DNA of 63,065 nucleotides, the filler included, from Choristocarpus tenellus KU-1152 (Eukaryota > Protista > Phaeophyceae): the NCBI GenBank assembly GCA_964200185.2. It is 13 parts of 13 records of this genome, joined end to end, with 100 filler letters (N's around TTAATTAATTAA, not from the genome) between each part and the next. Parts side by side here need not be neighbours in the genome. Positions count along the whole stretch, not along the records: positions 23,996 to 28,028 come from CAXNAD020016573.1; positions 28,129 to 34,835 come from CAXNAD020007519.1; positions 34,936 to 38,593 come from CAXNAD020018675.1; 10 more parts are not named here. The stretch is one strand, 5' to 3'. Position numbers and translations under genes: made by a program. This document shows positions 27,001 to 38,377 of this stretch, piece by piece (positions within the stretch are counted from its first letter, which is position 1; each line of letters opens with the position of its first letter). Below the pieces are notes generated by a model that was not told where the DNA came from, searched no databases, and saw only the letters and a program-made list of their open reading frames with translations.

Positions 27001-28028
27001 TGCAATTTGTTACGATGAATTCAATGTTATCCGGCAGGAGCTATTTCCCCTCCGAAAAATGACCTACTTCTAGTCAGGTGTTAGAACGTTGAAATATTGG
27101 CAAAGACGATGAAAATGATCAGATACGGTCCTTCCTACCGAGAGTCGACAAACTCGTCCTGCCTACCTGCTGCCTGTAGCCGTGGCTGAATCCGCCCCTG
27201 TTCCTCAGGGACTCGCCAGCGGCCTTGTGGTTCACGTCCCAGAGCACAGTGAATGTATGAACCGCCTTGAAGTCGAACTTACCCTGTGTGTCGATTTACG
27301 CAACATTGTGGAGGAGAGGGCAACGTCGGTGTTGTCATATATGATGAGTATGCTAACAGAGTTCGTCGTATCATCGAGTCACATCGTATCTGCCTAAGTA
27401 TTTCTATGGAGGTACGAACTCTACACAATAGACATATACGTGACCCATCAAGGTTTGTCTTTCATCTGCGGAAAGTGAAACTGACTTGGCTCGCTGCGGT
27501 TGGGCGAATGGCAGATTCGGTCAGAAGAATTTCATGTTGTATGTATTAGTGACGAAGTCTTTTCGTTCTTCATGTGCGATGGTGGGTTCAACGGCTGTGC
27601 AGCCGAATTTCATCGACCTCGCATCGTTCACTTTGCATATTCGAGTGTTGTTACTGACATGCTTGGAAATGTGCCGCACTCACATCGTTTGTGTTCCTCC
27701 TTTTGTGATCCTGCCACACACCGCAGAGGACTTTCTCAAATTCATCGGTTTCTGATGGCAGAGTGATGAGGCCAGCGAATGAGGGATTGGTATCGTTGGA
27801 TTATAATTCATGGGTTGTCCGTGTCGACCATAATACAAGTCCCAGAAACATTCATTAATGGTTGTGGTCTTACCTTCCTCTGCATATATCTGGGCCAGAA
27901 TCGCTATTGCATTGTAGAACTGATTGACCGTCCCGTAGCTCGCACTATTCAGGCCACTCTCCAGGTTAGTATCCACCCATGCCTCTTTTAGGAAGGCCGC
28001 GATCTTCCCAGCCACAACCTTCTTCGCC
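24041..28028 (-). CDS. Intron-rich gene, putative Crypton/Ndc10-like tyrosine recombinase (5' truncated)
   Basis: Exons >28028-27874, 27751-27684, 27493-27440 and 27283-27167 splice in phase to SYGTVNQFYNAIAILAQI...WQDHKRRNTNDRAKSVSLSADERQTLMGHGKFDFKAVHTF...LRNRGGF; further exons near 26507-26285, 25790-25440, 25245-25145 and 24625-24041. One donor (GTATAT) is weak. Confidence 0.5.
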
Positions 28029-28732
28029 NNNNNNNNNNNNNNNNNNNNNNNNNNNNNNNNNNNNNNNNNNNNTTAATTAATTAANNNNNNNNNNNNNNNN
28101 NNNNNNNNNNNNNNNNNNNNNNNNNNNNTACGTCTTGATATAAAGAAGCGCCGGGGGGAGGGGAGGGGAGGGGAGGGGTGGGGGGGGTGGGGGGGCTATG
28201 CATGTAGTCTGCGTGTTCAGAATGAAAAGTAAAGTGTCTATTTCTTATATCTGAAATTGTACTCTGTATGCAAAAGTAGTTCAGATCTGTCCCAGGAGGT
28301 GGCATTGGGGTTGTGGGGTAGAAGGACGAGGTGCTTCTTGTGATGTAGGTTTCACACTCAGGGATTCTGGAGGCTGGTGTATTTGATGGTGTCGAGATGT
28401 TACTAACTTTATTTTGTGGGGAGTAAATTGTAACATGTTATTGGATATTATTTATTGATTTGTGTGTTACATTTTTTTTTTTCAATTTTTGCTTCGTTCA
28501 TTATTTTTTGTTTGGAATTTTAATACTTTTGCAGCACACAAAAGGGGGAAAAAAGGAAAAAAAATGTTTGTGTCCCCTTTCTTCTTTTAAGTTAAGGCAG
28601 ATATTTTTTTTAGCAGCTAAGTGTTCATTGGTTCATTTGTATGTTCTGCACCGTTTTGAAGCTTTCTCATTGGTGAATATTGTATATATGTCAATATAAT
28701 ATATATATACATACGTTTATTTTTATTGTCAG

Positions 28733-30588
28733 GGCATCCGTGATGGTTCCCCTTTGCAATGTGGATGGGGTTGCTTCTGTTCTCTTCACCAAGCGATCGG
28801 CGATTCTCAGAGCTCACAAGAACGAGGTCTGCTTTCCAGGAGGCAAGGTATGGATGGCGTTGTGTGTTGGTAGAGGGTTGAAGAAAAACTATGTATATTT
28901 TTTTTATGTTTTATCTCTTTTTTTTTTGGTGTATGTTGTGTAGTTCGAGGTCAGGCAAGAAGTTGACATGTGAACAGGCACTTTGGGGTGGAGGTGGGAA
29001 GTAGGCGAGTGTATCCAAAGGACGTTAAGACACTCTGTTGTTTGATAAGTATTTGGTAAGCAATTGATATCTATTTGATACGTATTTGATAAGTGTTTGA
29101 TAAGTGTTTGATAAATATTTGATATGTATTTTCTAACCATTTGATAAATATTTGGTAAGTATTTGATATATATTTGATACATATTTGATATGTACTTGAT
29201 AAGTGTTTGATGAGTATTTGATATGTATTTGGTATCCATTTGATAACCATTTGATAAATATTTGGCAAGTATTTGATATATATTTGATAAATATTTGATA
29301 TGTACTTGATATGTACTTGATAAGTATTTGATATGTATTTGGTAACCATTTGATAAGTGGATGGCGATACCCCTCCACCGCCCCTCTCGATGGCCTGGTG
29401 TGGTGTGGTCAGGTGGACATTGGCGTAGACCATCACATAGTACACACGGCACTGAGGGAGATGGGAGAAGAGATAGGGATAACTTCGTCCATGGTAAGAG
29501 GCGTGCTTGGTGATGAACTCTATTGTCAAAGCGCAGCCTGGACTTTATGGTTGGAAGAAAATCTATGTGCTCTTATGTGAGGGGTTCTTTGCTGGCATTG
29601 TTGGCATTGGGTGGTGCACACGTGTGTCGAAGCCACATTGTCATGCAGGTTGCCCTCCGATCTCAGGGGCCTATCTACCATGTTATTGATAACATATGTT
29701 TCTTTTTTTTATTTCCTTTTCATTTTTCTTTCGATCATTTTCTTTTCCTTTTTAGTTGTCCGTCCAACTGTAGGTAACCACAATCTAGGTCCAATTCTAT
29801 TTTTGCCATTGCTTTTGTTTTGATTCATGCTCTGCTGGCTGGGCCTGCAAGCACCGATGGGGAGGTCTTTCCAATGCTTTTTTCTTGTTTATTTGTTTGT
29901 CTTCTCTGTACTGTATAGTGTAATGTATGTGGTGTTCTAGGCGGTTTGAACTTTTTTCTTTTTTTTACTCTGTGCTGCGGTTGCAAAGATACATACAAAC
30001 GCCTACCTGCCTGGTTGATTGGCAATATTACCTGTGGAACAACCCTCTACCCCTTACATGCCTCCCCCCCCCCCCCCCCCTCTACAAACTTNNNNNNNNN
30101 NTGATCGGCCTGGGCATGAGCGCGACCTTCGACCACGTCCCCCCTCCGCTCTACAAACTTGGTGACACTTGGAAGGGCACAAAAAAATAGCACCAGCTGA
30201 GCTGACCAATTGTTTTTGGGTCTGATTAAGATAGAAAGAGCATCGACATTTAAAAGGAATGCAGCAAAGGACTATCAATGTGTGTAGCCTTTTATTGGTG
30301 TTTACAGAGATCCAGCTGTGTTCTAAGCTCGATCTTCACCACAGACCTTGCCTGGACCTCCCCCTCTCCCCCTGGGTTGTTCATTGTAGTGCATTGATTG
30401 GACTGTTGCCCATGCCCCGTTTGTTACTCTACGAATACCGATGTTACCCTTGATCTCAGGTCGATGTACTGGGAGTTCTACGATGTGATTGGGCGGAGGT
30501 AGCATCTCTGGTGGGGGTTGCAGTCACTCCTGTGGTAGGCTTCTTGGGGGACTTGACCGGCAAGCAAATCAACCCTAACGTCAACGAG
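28733..30588 (+). CDS. NUDT8: Nudix hydrolase, NUDT8/CoA-pyrophosphatase type; internal exons 28733-28847, 29413-29493, 30460-30588
   Basis: ASVMVPLCNVDGVASVLFTKRSAILRAHKNEVCFPGGK|VD...TALREMGEEIG|VDVLG...VTPVVGFLG...NPNVNE: CoA-binding motif plus Nudix box. Confidence 0.85.
29040..29357. repeat. 11-bp minisatellite (TATTTGATAAG / TATTTGATATG variants), intronic
   Basis: Visible periodic units; produces the spurious YQI/KYLSN ORFs in the track. Confidence 0.93.
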
Positions 30589-30976
30589 GTGAGAGGGAGT
30601 AGACCCCAATCAGTCCAGAGCGTGATCAGTGCACCCTTGAGAGGTTTTCTTGCTTGTATATATATATACGATTGTCGCTCGCAGATAGTGCTTTTTTGTT
30701 GGTTTGGTGATGTCATTGTTGGTTGTTGTGCCATGAATTGGTGCGGTAGAAGATTGATAGAGTTCTATTGCTTGGGATGGATGTCTGTTCCTTCGGAGTG
30801 GTTCGTTGTTGTGGAAGCGTGCGGCACTGAAAATGTTCATCGCATTTAGGGTTGGGGTTTGTTGGTTACGAGCGGTAGCAGTCGAGAACTTTTTTTTTGA
30901 AAGTTTATGTACTCTTTTACAGTTTTTTTTTCAAGTGGATATTTTGAGCTCCTCAACTATGGCAACCCCACTTCAA

Positions 30977-31414
30977 TCACGGGCTCTCCTCATTCCCAAC
31001 AACGACTATTGACATACATAAGTCTAATGGCATGTGTGTGTCTGAGCCTATGTAGGGCAACACTCTTGCACCTACCCCTTGTTTAGTCGACAACTCTAAC
31101 CTTATGGTATTCTTTATTACACAGCCCATATATCTTGTGTATATTGGTGATGAAAGTACTATAGACTCCGTTACACTCCAATGTATATGGAATATCATCA
31201 TTCGTATTAGATGTATGTATCCATCCAGTAGATATCCGCCTACTCTTCTCTGTTGTACTGGTCCTTGTGAGGGACACCTATCCCGGTGTCGCTTCCATCC
31301 TAGACTCCTCCTGGACAGTTCAGAGACAGTGTCTCTTATCGATAATAGTAGATTTACATAGTCACTTCTCTCCAACAAGCCTGAGTCTCTGTCAGTAGAG
31401 GTTGTATCTGGCAT
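30977..31414 (-). CDS. Intronless hypothetical ORF (145 aa from ATG at 31414) of the virus-like island
   Basis: Open frame MPDTTSTDRDSGLLERSDYVNLLLSIRD...; its ATG is head-to-head with the ATG at 31424. Confidence 0.4.
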   Translation of the reverse strand: MPDTTSTDRDSGLLERSDYVNLLLSIRDTVSELSRRSLGWKRHRDRCPSQGPVQQRRVGGYLLDGYIHLIRMMIFHIHWSVTESIVLSSPIYTRYMGCVIKNTIRLELSTKQGVGARVLPYIGSDTHMPLDLCMSIVVVGNEESP

Positions 31415-31423
31415 AGTGTCAAT

Positions 31424-33099
31424 ATGAGTATTCTCCATCCTTCAGCTGTTTCTACTAAGTGTGGTATGTGTGGTGGTCGTATGAGTAGCCTTGATATGCG
31501 ACTAAGGTCTGACAATGAGGCTTGTACCACCGTAACACTCTGTGTTAGGTGTGGTACTGCTGGTAATGCTATGAGTTCGTATAGGAGATGGAAGAGCTCT
31601 CCTACAATACTAACTAGACCTAGAGGTACAACTGGCAGTAATAGGAAGAGTGTTACGACTACTCCTAGGACAGTAGGTGACATCAGTCGGGTTAGGCTAG
31701 GGTTCCTCATAATACAGTCTTGTAAGGTGTGGAGGTCACTTGAGAGGTTGGTTAAGGTTGTAGGCAACAATAAGTGTTGTAAGTATACTATGCTAATGAG
31801 AGGTAAGAGTATGACCAACAGGTCTCTGAATGGTCATGCTGACGTTGTATGAGGTACCTCTTACAGTGCCACAGCAATGACCCATGATGGTACAAGGACC
31901 CTCACCGGTTGGGATAGGCGGTCTGATCTAACACTGTCTCATGTTATGGTACTGTGTCAGCAGTAATGTCTGATGTAATCATCATCGGGGAGCACCAGTT
32001 GGATGTAGAGGAAGGTACACTAGTGTACGATAATGTGCATATATGCACTGCTCAGTACATAGACTCTGTATTAGATAATACTGGTGACATAGTTATAGAG
32101 TACAAAGAGAGTGGTGGAGATGCCATTAGGGCTACTGTACCGATAATGGATTCAGTGTTGGACGTTGCTGATGTATGTATCAGCTTCATGAGTGTAATCT
32201 ATAGGCTTCCAACAAATGGTACTAGGGTCAGTACCAGAAGTATGTTAGATGTACTACAGTCACTCAATCCCGTCACCCTAAGGGTGATGGGAATGTTGCC
32301 ATGTACCCGTGTAATAGTCACCGTAGGTGACCTACACTTCACATTACCTCTTAACTTATGCTATCCCAGTACAGATCCCCTTCTAAACAGTGTCGACATA
32401 GACCCTCATCCCAATGACATTAGGCTACGTGAGTTACGACCTGTGATGACTTACTCCATCATCATGGGTGTGGCCATAGTAGCCATCATGACGGATAGGA
32501 AGGGTGACCCACTCACATACCTTATAAGTCAAGGTTAGTTGACCTCTGAGGCTGATGCAATATGCAGCAGGATAGGAGGTGGTACCACCAGGAGTAGTGC
32601 ACAACTACTGCAGGGGTCACTACCACCTCTATGTAATAACGATAGGAGGTTTGAGTTGGCATCACAGTCCAGTAGCCTTAGTGTCCACACGGGTTTCTCT
32701 TACATGGGTGTTGCACCTAGGTCGGTAACAGCAGCTGTAATAGAGGAACTCCTGAACATGTCATCCTATGCTAAGGTGATACTAGTAGCCGTAGGGGATC
32801 ATGATCTGGTCCAGGTGGAGAGGTATGCTAGGAAACAAAGTTGCTTCCGCCATCTTGGTAGTAACAAAGGACTATCTTCTCTATCTGTGGAATCTGGAGG
32901 CAACTCACCAGGCCGGCAACCCACTAGTATAGAGGCATTCATCGCACTTTCCAGTCCACAAGGAGGGTCGTCACAAATATTTGAGGAGGCTTGGTTGCTA
33001 TTAGGTGGACGTCCGGTTAGTGGTAACACACTTTCTTCGGCTGTTGTAGTGGCAGGTGTCGATTATGACAAGTCGCTTGGTCAATGGCTCTTACACTAG
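31424..33099 (+). pseudogene. Disrupted long ORF with N-terminal TFIIS-type zinc ribbon (virus-like)
   Basis: CGMC-x9-RLRSDNEACTTVTL-CVRCG; frame continues through TGA at 31850, shifts near 31925, and 31954-32538 and 32539-33099 are one frame split by a single TAG; no introns. Confidence 0.55.
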
Positions 33100-34750
33100 G
33101 GAGGTCCAACTTGTTCTCATCCCTATAGGCTACGATCATCCCTGCACATTCAGGTATTTCAGCGGGTTTGCGCCATACATCACTGGCCAGTGAATAACGT
33201 TGAAGGTGAAGCCAGTACAAATAATTGTGGGCGGGTTTTCTTCCTACCCCACGTTTATGATCAACAATGCCCTCTACATTGTAAGATCCAATAGTTGGCT
33301 GTGTCTTTGACCCCTGATCACGGTCCGGTTCAGGTAAAATCCGGCCTAAAAAGAGTGAATTAAGGGCATCTATATATGGCTCTGTGGCTCTACCCTCCTT
33401 GTAAGGTTTAACTCTGGCCAGATGAACTGTCACTTCCCGTCAATCTTTCAAGTGTTTACGGGATATACAACAGGTGTTATACGTGCCTTCACTTCATAAG
33501 GTCCTCTCCATGGGGACAACAACTTGGGGCTTGGTGCATCAGCTGACGTATGTGGTTTGTGAAGCCACACTTTATCTCCGGGTTCGTATAGTGGGAGTTT
33601 ATGGTTCACGTTCTTTGATTCATTTCTTAAAGCCATCTCACCAATATTTCGCCGGGCTGATTCATAGGCTAGATGAAAATTCTTACTGTTTTCACACTGT
33701 ATTCTTGTGCAGTTATGGGGGTGGCCTCAGGGACCTCCAAAATAAGATCAATTGGTAAAATTGGGCGCCTCCCAAACATGAGAAAAAATGGCGTTTTTTG
33801 AACAGTGGAATTGTAGGCTGTATTGTGTGCTAGCTGGACAAAGGGCAGCAATGAGGCCCAGTCAGATTAGTCCATATTTGAATACATGGCCAGCATACCA
33901 TGCATTGTGGAATGAATACATTCATATATACTATTGCCTTGTGGTCGATGTATGTCGTTGTCTTGGTTTTATGATATCTATACACTTTACGCAACTCAGC
34001 CAGGAGTTTATTCTCAAATTCTTTGCCTTGGTCAGAGTGGAGTGTTTCAGGAGGACCAAAGATGGAAAAAATACGGTTGACGAGAGCTTTAGCCACGGTT
34101 TTTCTTGGTCTTGGTTTTATGATATCTATACACTTTACGCAACTCAGCCAGGAGTTTAATCTTGTAAGATGAACTACAGCGGATATCACATATTTTGCAC
34201 CGTGGTCTTACATTTAACTAGGTCAATAGCAAGTCGTTGAAATGGGCGCATGACAGGCGTATGTCCTGTCGGTAATGAGGTTAGAGTGTGCGAGGTCTTA
34301 CGCCTTTGACAGGACTGGCAAGATTCACACCACTCCCTCACGTCTTTATTTAAGGTTTGCCACCAAAATCTATTACGAACTCAGTCAAAGGTGTGCTTGA
34401 AAGCAAGATGGCCGGCAACTTTATGGCCATTTAGGGCGTGTAAAATTAAACCCTGAACCTCTGTTGGGGCTACTAACTGATCTCGAAATTCTCCGTTTTT
34501 TCGAAGGTGACCAGGCTGATACGACCGGTAGAGTAAAAGTCTATTTTCTTGTTCTTGAGTAAAAAAATATGACATGGTGTAGACTGTTTCCTTAGTGGGT
34601 AATGCTGCATTGGTGGGGTCTGCCAGGTATTGAAAATAAGCTTCATACGGCTCATGCTGGGCCTTGGCTAGAACTTCCGTATCAATTACAGGAAACACAT
34701 TGATGGAGCTTGTAAGGAGCGCAGAGTCATTTGCCACTTTTGTAATTCCA
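33100..34750 (-). mobile_element. Ty3/Gypsy (chromovirus-type) integrase with chromodomain, degraded
   Basis: HHCC region GHKVAGHL..FWWQTLNKDVREWCESCQSCQRRK, RPFQRLAIDLV, LHSDQGKEF, AHNTAYNSTVQKTPFFLMFGR, KLLSPWRGPY, chromodomain YNVEGIVDHKR..YLYWL..DVW; stops and frameshifts. Confidence 0.93.
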
Positions 34751-34767
34751 CCTAGTTGATCTACAAA

Positions 34768-34835
34768 CCCAAAGTATCTGGGAGGGGGGGGGAGGTCTAG
34801 ACCAGGGTGTCCATTTGGACCAAAATCAGGAAAGG
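34768..34835 (-). mobile_element. MITE family 2, terminal fragment
   Basis: Reverse complement of the 3' end of 54049-54246 and 14405-14585. Confidence 0.7.
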
Positions 34836-34935
34836 NNNNNNNNNNNNNNNNNNNNNNNNNNNNNNNNNNNNNNNNNNNNTTAATTAATTAANNNNNNNNN
34901 NNNNNNNNNNNNNNNNNNNNNNNNNNNNNNNNNNN

Positions 34936-35038
34936 GGGGTGGAACACTAGGAACAGGTGGAGGAGGAACTGGTGGGGGCGCAGTGCCCGGGATAGGAGGA
35001 GGTGCACGCCTGGGTGGCGGAGGTGGAGGAGGAGGCAT
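34936..35038 (-). CDS. Start of a gene with a proline-rich N-terminus (MPPPPPPPPRRAPPPIPGTAPPP...), truncated by contig end
   Basis: AAAATG start preceded by an apparent 5'UTR intron (donor GTAAGT near 35334, acceptor TAG near 35062); identity unknown. Confidence 0.45.
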
Positions 35039-35657
35039 TTTCCTTCACCGGAAAATCAACCTAAGTCAAATCGCAACAATACAAAGAGAAAGTTTGCGGG
35101 GAGGGAATGTGGGAGCGGGCAGGAGAGTGTGTTAAAAAAGAATCCAAAAAATAACAAAGATAGCACATTTCATGCGAACATATGAGAAAGGTAGGGCGTG
35201 AAGAGATAACAGTTCAGCCGTGAGCCCAAAGTCTGAGGTATGACGAGGCCTTCATTCCCCACTAAAATAAGGACCGGTCCATTCACCCAGCCCACGCAGG
35301 ACAAGAAATAGTAAAAAGAAACACAAACACTTACAAGCGTGTAAGCCTAAGGTGTAGTAGTCGCACTGGAACAGCTCACACCTATGGAATATGTCTAGAT
35401 ATCTGTTAGTGTTGCGATTAAGAAGAACAGATAGGATTAGGGTTGTGTTAACAAATCACGCCTTCCCAATGGTTTTCTCGTTTCTGTCCATACCCGAATT
35501 TTCAGAGGGTCAATCTCTCAACACAAGAACGTTGCTGCAGAAGGAGGGACGTGAGGAACTCAGGGGAGGGAAGGTTCCTCGTTCCTTGGAGCAGTGGAAA
35601 AAGGATTGCTATCGATCCGCGCGCACGTGCGTGCGTGACGGGTGTTGAAAAGTGAGG

Positions 35658-38377
35658 ATGATGCTACAGGTTAGGTCAGCGTCTGTTGCCGCCAGGAGGC
35701 TGGCGCCTGCGCATGGCATGGTAGGGAGGAGGTTCTCTGCGATGCTTACCTTCGAGGAAGAGTACCCCGGGTGAGAAAGCTGAGTATTAACACTGGAATC
35801 ACCTAAAGATGGGACACTTCCAGTCAATACTTACTTTGCTGACGCGACACATTTCTACTACTGTCCTAGTGGTGGGGATTTAGTTTTTCCACATCCCCGT
35901 CCTGATTCGCATCACACTCTTGTCGTTATGTAAGAGTGTTTCATTGTTAGTTGACGAAACGGAAATCCTGATGTGCATGCAGGCAGTGTTTTTGTTCCAC
36001 CTGTAGACTTTCGTGTTGTGGACAATATATTTTGTCGAATACCATACCTTGCTGCATTCTTCAGGTCTAAGACAACTAGCGTATCAGGAATCAGGATTAT
36101 GATATCGTGCATCGAATCAAACACAGGTTGATATTATTATGCCCTTAACATATTTCGTCAATGCACTTTCTCATTCATTGTTGTCCGTTTCATGGGGAAA
36201 GGACTGGTGTCAGCTGATGGAAGGGAAGGGTGATTTTACTCCTGCGACTTATTCCCCCAAAAGCATGTGGCATATTTTCCAGATGAATGATACAAAAGAA
36301 ATTACGGTAAAAGCAGCACAACTTTCATATTGTAAGCATCACAACTGCTTCACCACCACTGACAGAGAAGACTCCCCTAAATCCGTAAAACCCCTTCATA
36401 CCCGTTGCCGGCAGAACCCCAGCCACCTCTCCTTCTCCCCTGCCGGCAGCAGTAACCATGGTTACTACACTCTCCAATGGAGCCAAGGTGGTGTCCAGGA
36501 ATAACGGTGATAAGGTAACAGCCCCCGTCATTGATGGGTTGTCCTACTGTGTGGTCTGAGGACGAGATGTCACGCCTTGTTGTAGTAACTGTCTCTAGAG
36601 AGGTTATCTCTGGTCGTTGACTAACACAGTTCATCTCTCATCTCAATGATTTTTCGTAAAGAGCGCCGAGGTTGATGCCTTCATTCTTTCCTTTGCTAGA
36701 ATTTAAACAATTTTCCGAAGTTTGGTATTTCGTGTCAACGGGACTAGTTGTTACAGAGTGGAACCAAACACCTTTTAGTGGGAGGTGAGAATATAGAACT
36801 GCTGCAATGTGGATAGTATTGATGAACTTTCCCTCTGCTTTGGCATAGGACTTGTCATCTCTAAGAAATACGAAATGAGCCCCTTAGTAGAAAATATGTT
36901 GGGGACAGAAGGGACCATCATGTTTGCCAGCATAGCAGTTTGGGAAGAGGTCTCCATGAGGTTGACTCAATCCATGCCAACAACATTGTTGTCAAGATTT
37001 TCATAGGAATATTACCCCCAAGTATGTGCTTTTGCTGATGGATGGCCCCCATCAACAGAAGAGCTGAAATAACTCAAATCAGCTCATTGATTCATATAAT
37101 TAGTAAATGAACCAGATTCCACTGGGTCTGAGTCAGGGTAATGCTTCTGTCATTTGCCTGCTGTGATATATGCAATTTTGGCAGTTGTTTCTTTCTGCTT
37201 GTTGTGGAGTCAAGTGGAGTTTACACCTTACATAATTGCGCCTCCCATGAGTGATGTCGTTCATGTTGTCCAGTAGTCCACCCTTGTGGCAGCATGGGCT
37301 AGTGAATTTATCCACCTCCCCCTTCTTTATATGATTCCAGGATCCTATTGAAGGAAGGTTGGATCAGACGCATTGAGTGAAGACACCCCCTGATAGGAGT
37401 CAAAATGTCTTGGTTGCCATGGAGTGAGGAATGTCTTTCATGCTGTCCAGTAGTGTGATCCACTTGTTGGAAGTAGTGACATAGGTGGTATGATTATGTA
37501 AGAGAGAATTCGGTAATGTAATCAATCGACTCCATGCCCCCCCACTCCCACCCCCATTTCAAGCTGCTTGATGCAAGGTGGATGCATGCCTCTTGACTCT
37601 TTAAATGGCTATAGTGTTTCCACCTAGGTTATGTAGGTCGTTTATTTTTTTTAATAACCAGAACCTAAGATTCATGTTTGGAGTGGTGTTGTCACATGTG
37701 TCCAGCATGCAATTGCCACTTCATTGTTTGTGGGTACATATTGGTACCGTGTATATCCAGTCTTCAACAGATGTTAGCAAACATGCTGGCAGTCCTGTAT
37801 AGTGATGAGGCTTGGTGTCAGTGTGCTCTATGTCTCACCTCCCTTGGGGGTCACAGAGACAGTGTTGAGAAGGATAGCATCGACACCTCTCCCCACCCAA
37901 TACATATTTTCTTGTATGGCTGCAGTTCTTTTGGTGACTCTGTAAGTGAAAGCCTTTCCACTCTCTAGAAAATAATGTGCAAATATAGTGGGGGGGGTTG
38001 TTACATAACCTGCGACCTTGAATATCAAACCGGCTCTTTGTGTTTTTTTTTAATGCGTAGTCAGAAAAAAACAAAGAGGGGGGGATTGTTCAAGAGGCCA
38101 TGCTAAAGATGAGTGGTACAACAAATCACTCAGTAGAGATAATAGACATCATTGTCACAGCAATGTTGACCCCTGCCTGTTTCGTAGACGCCCTCGTATA
38201 TGTATGAAAACCTTCAGTTGGTTTGCCCCGACTCTGTTCAATGCAGGTAGCAAGCGTGGGACTGATGGTGGGCTGCGGATCTCGGGATGAAGGTCTTGGC
38301 CAGGACGGTGTATCCCTCCTCCTCCAGAGGATGGCCTTCAAGAGCACCACTGCGAGGTCATCTATCCGCCTTCACAG
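35658..38377 (+). CDS. Mitochondrial processing peptidase alpha / bc1 core subunit (M16, non-catalytic); exons 35658-35770, 36415-36514, 38247-38377; 3' truncated
   Basis: Arg-rich transit peptide, then VTTLSNGAKVVS|VASVGLMVGCGSRDE..GVSLLLQRMAFKST..RSSIRL; HxxEH absent, as expected for alpha subunits; introns in phase. Confidence 0.85.

Noticed and set aside
28904-29529. Overlapping repetitive ORFs (YQI/KYLSN)
   Set aside because: Translation of an intronic 11-bp minisatellite that lacks stops on one strand.
30060-30165. Duplicated CTCTACAAACTT around an N10 gap
   Set aside because: Probable scaffolding overlap next to a poly-C run.
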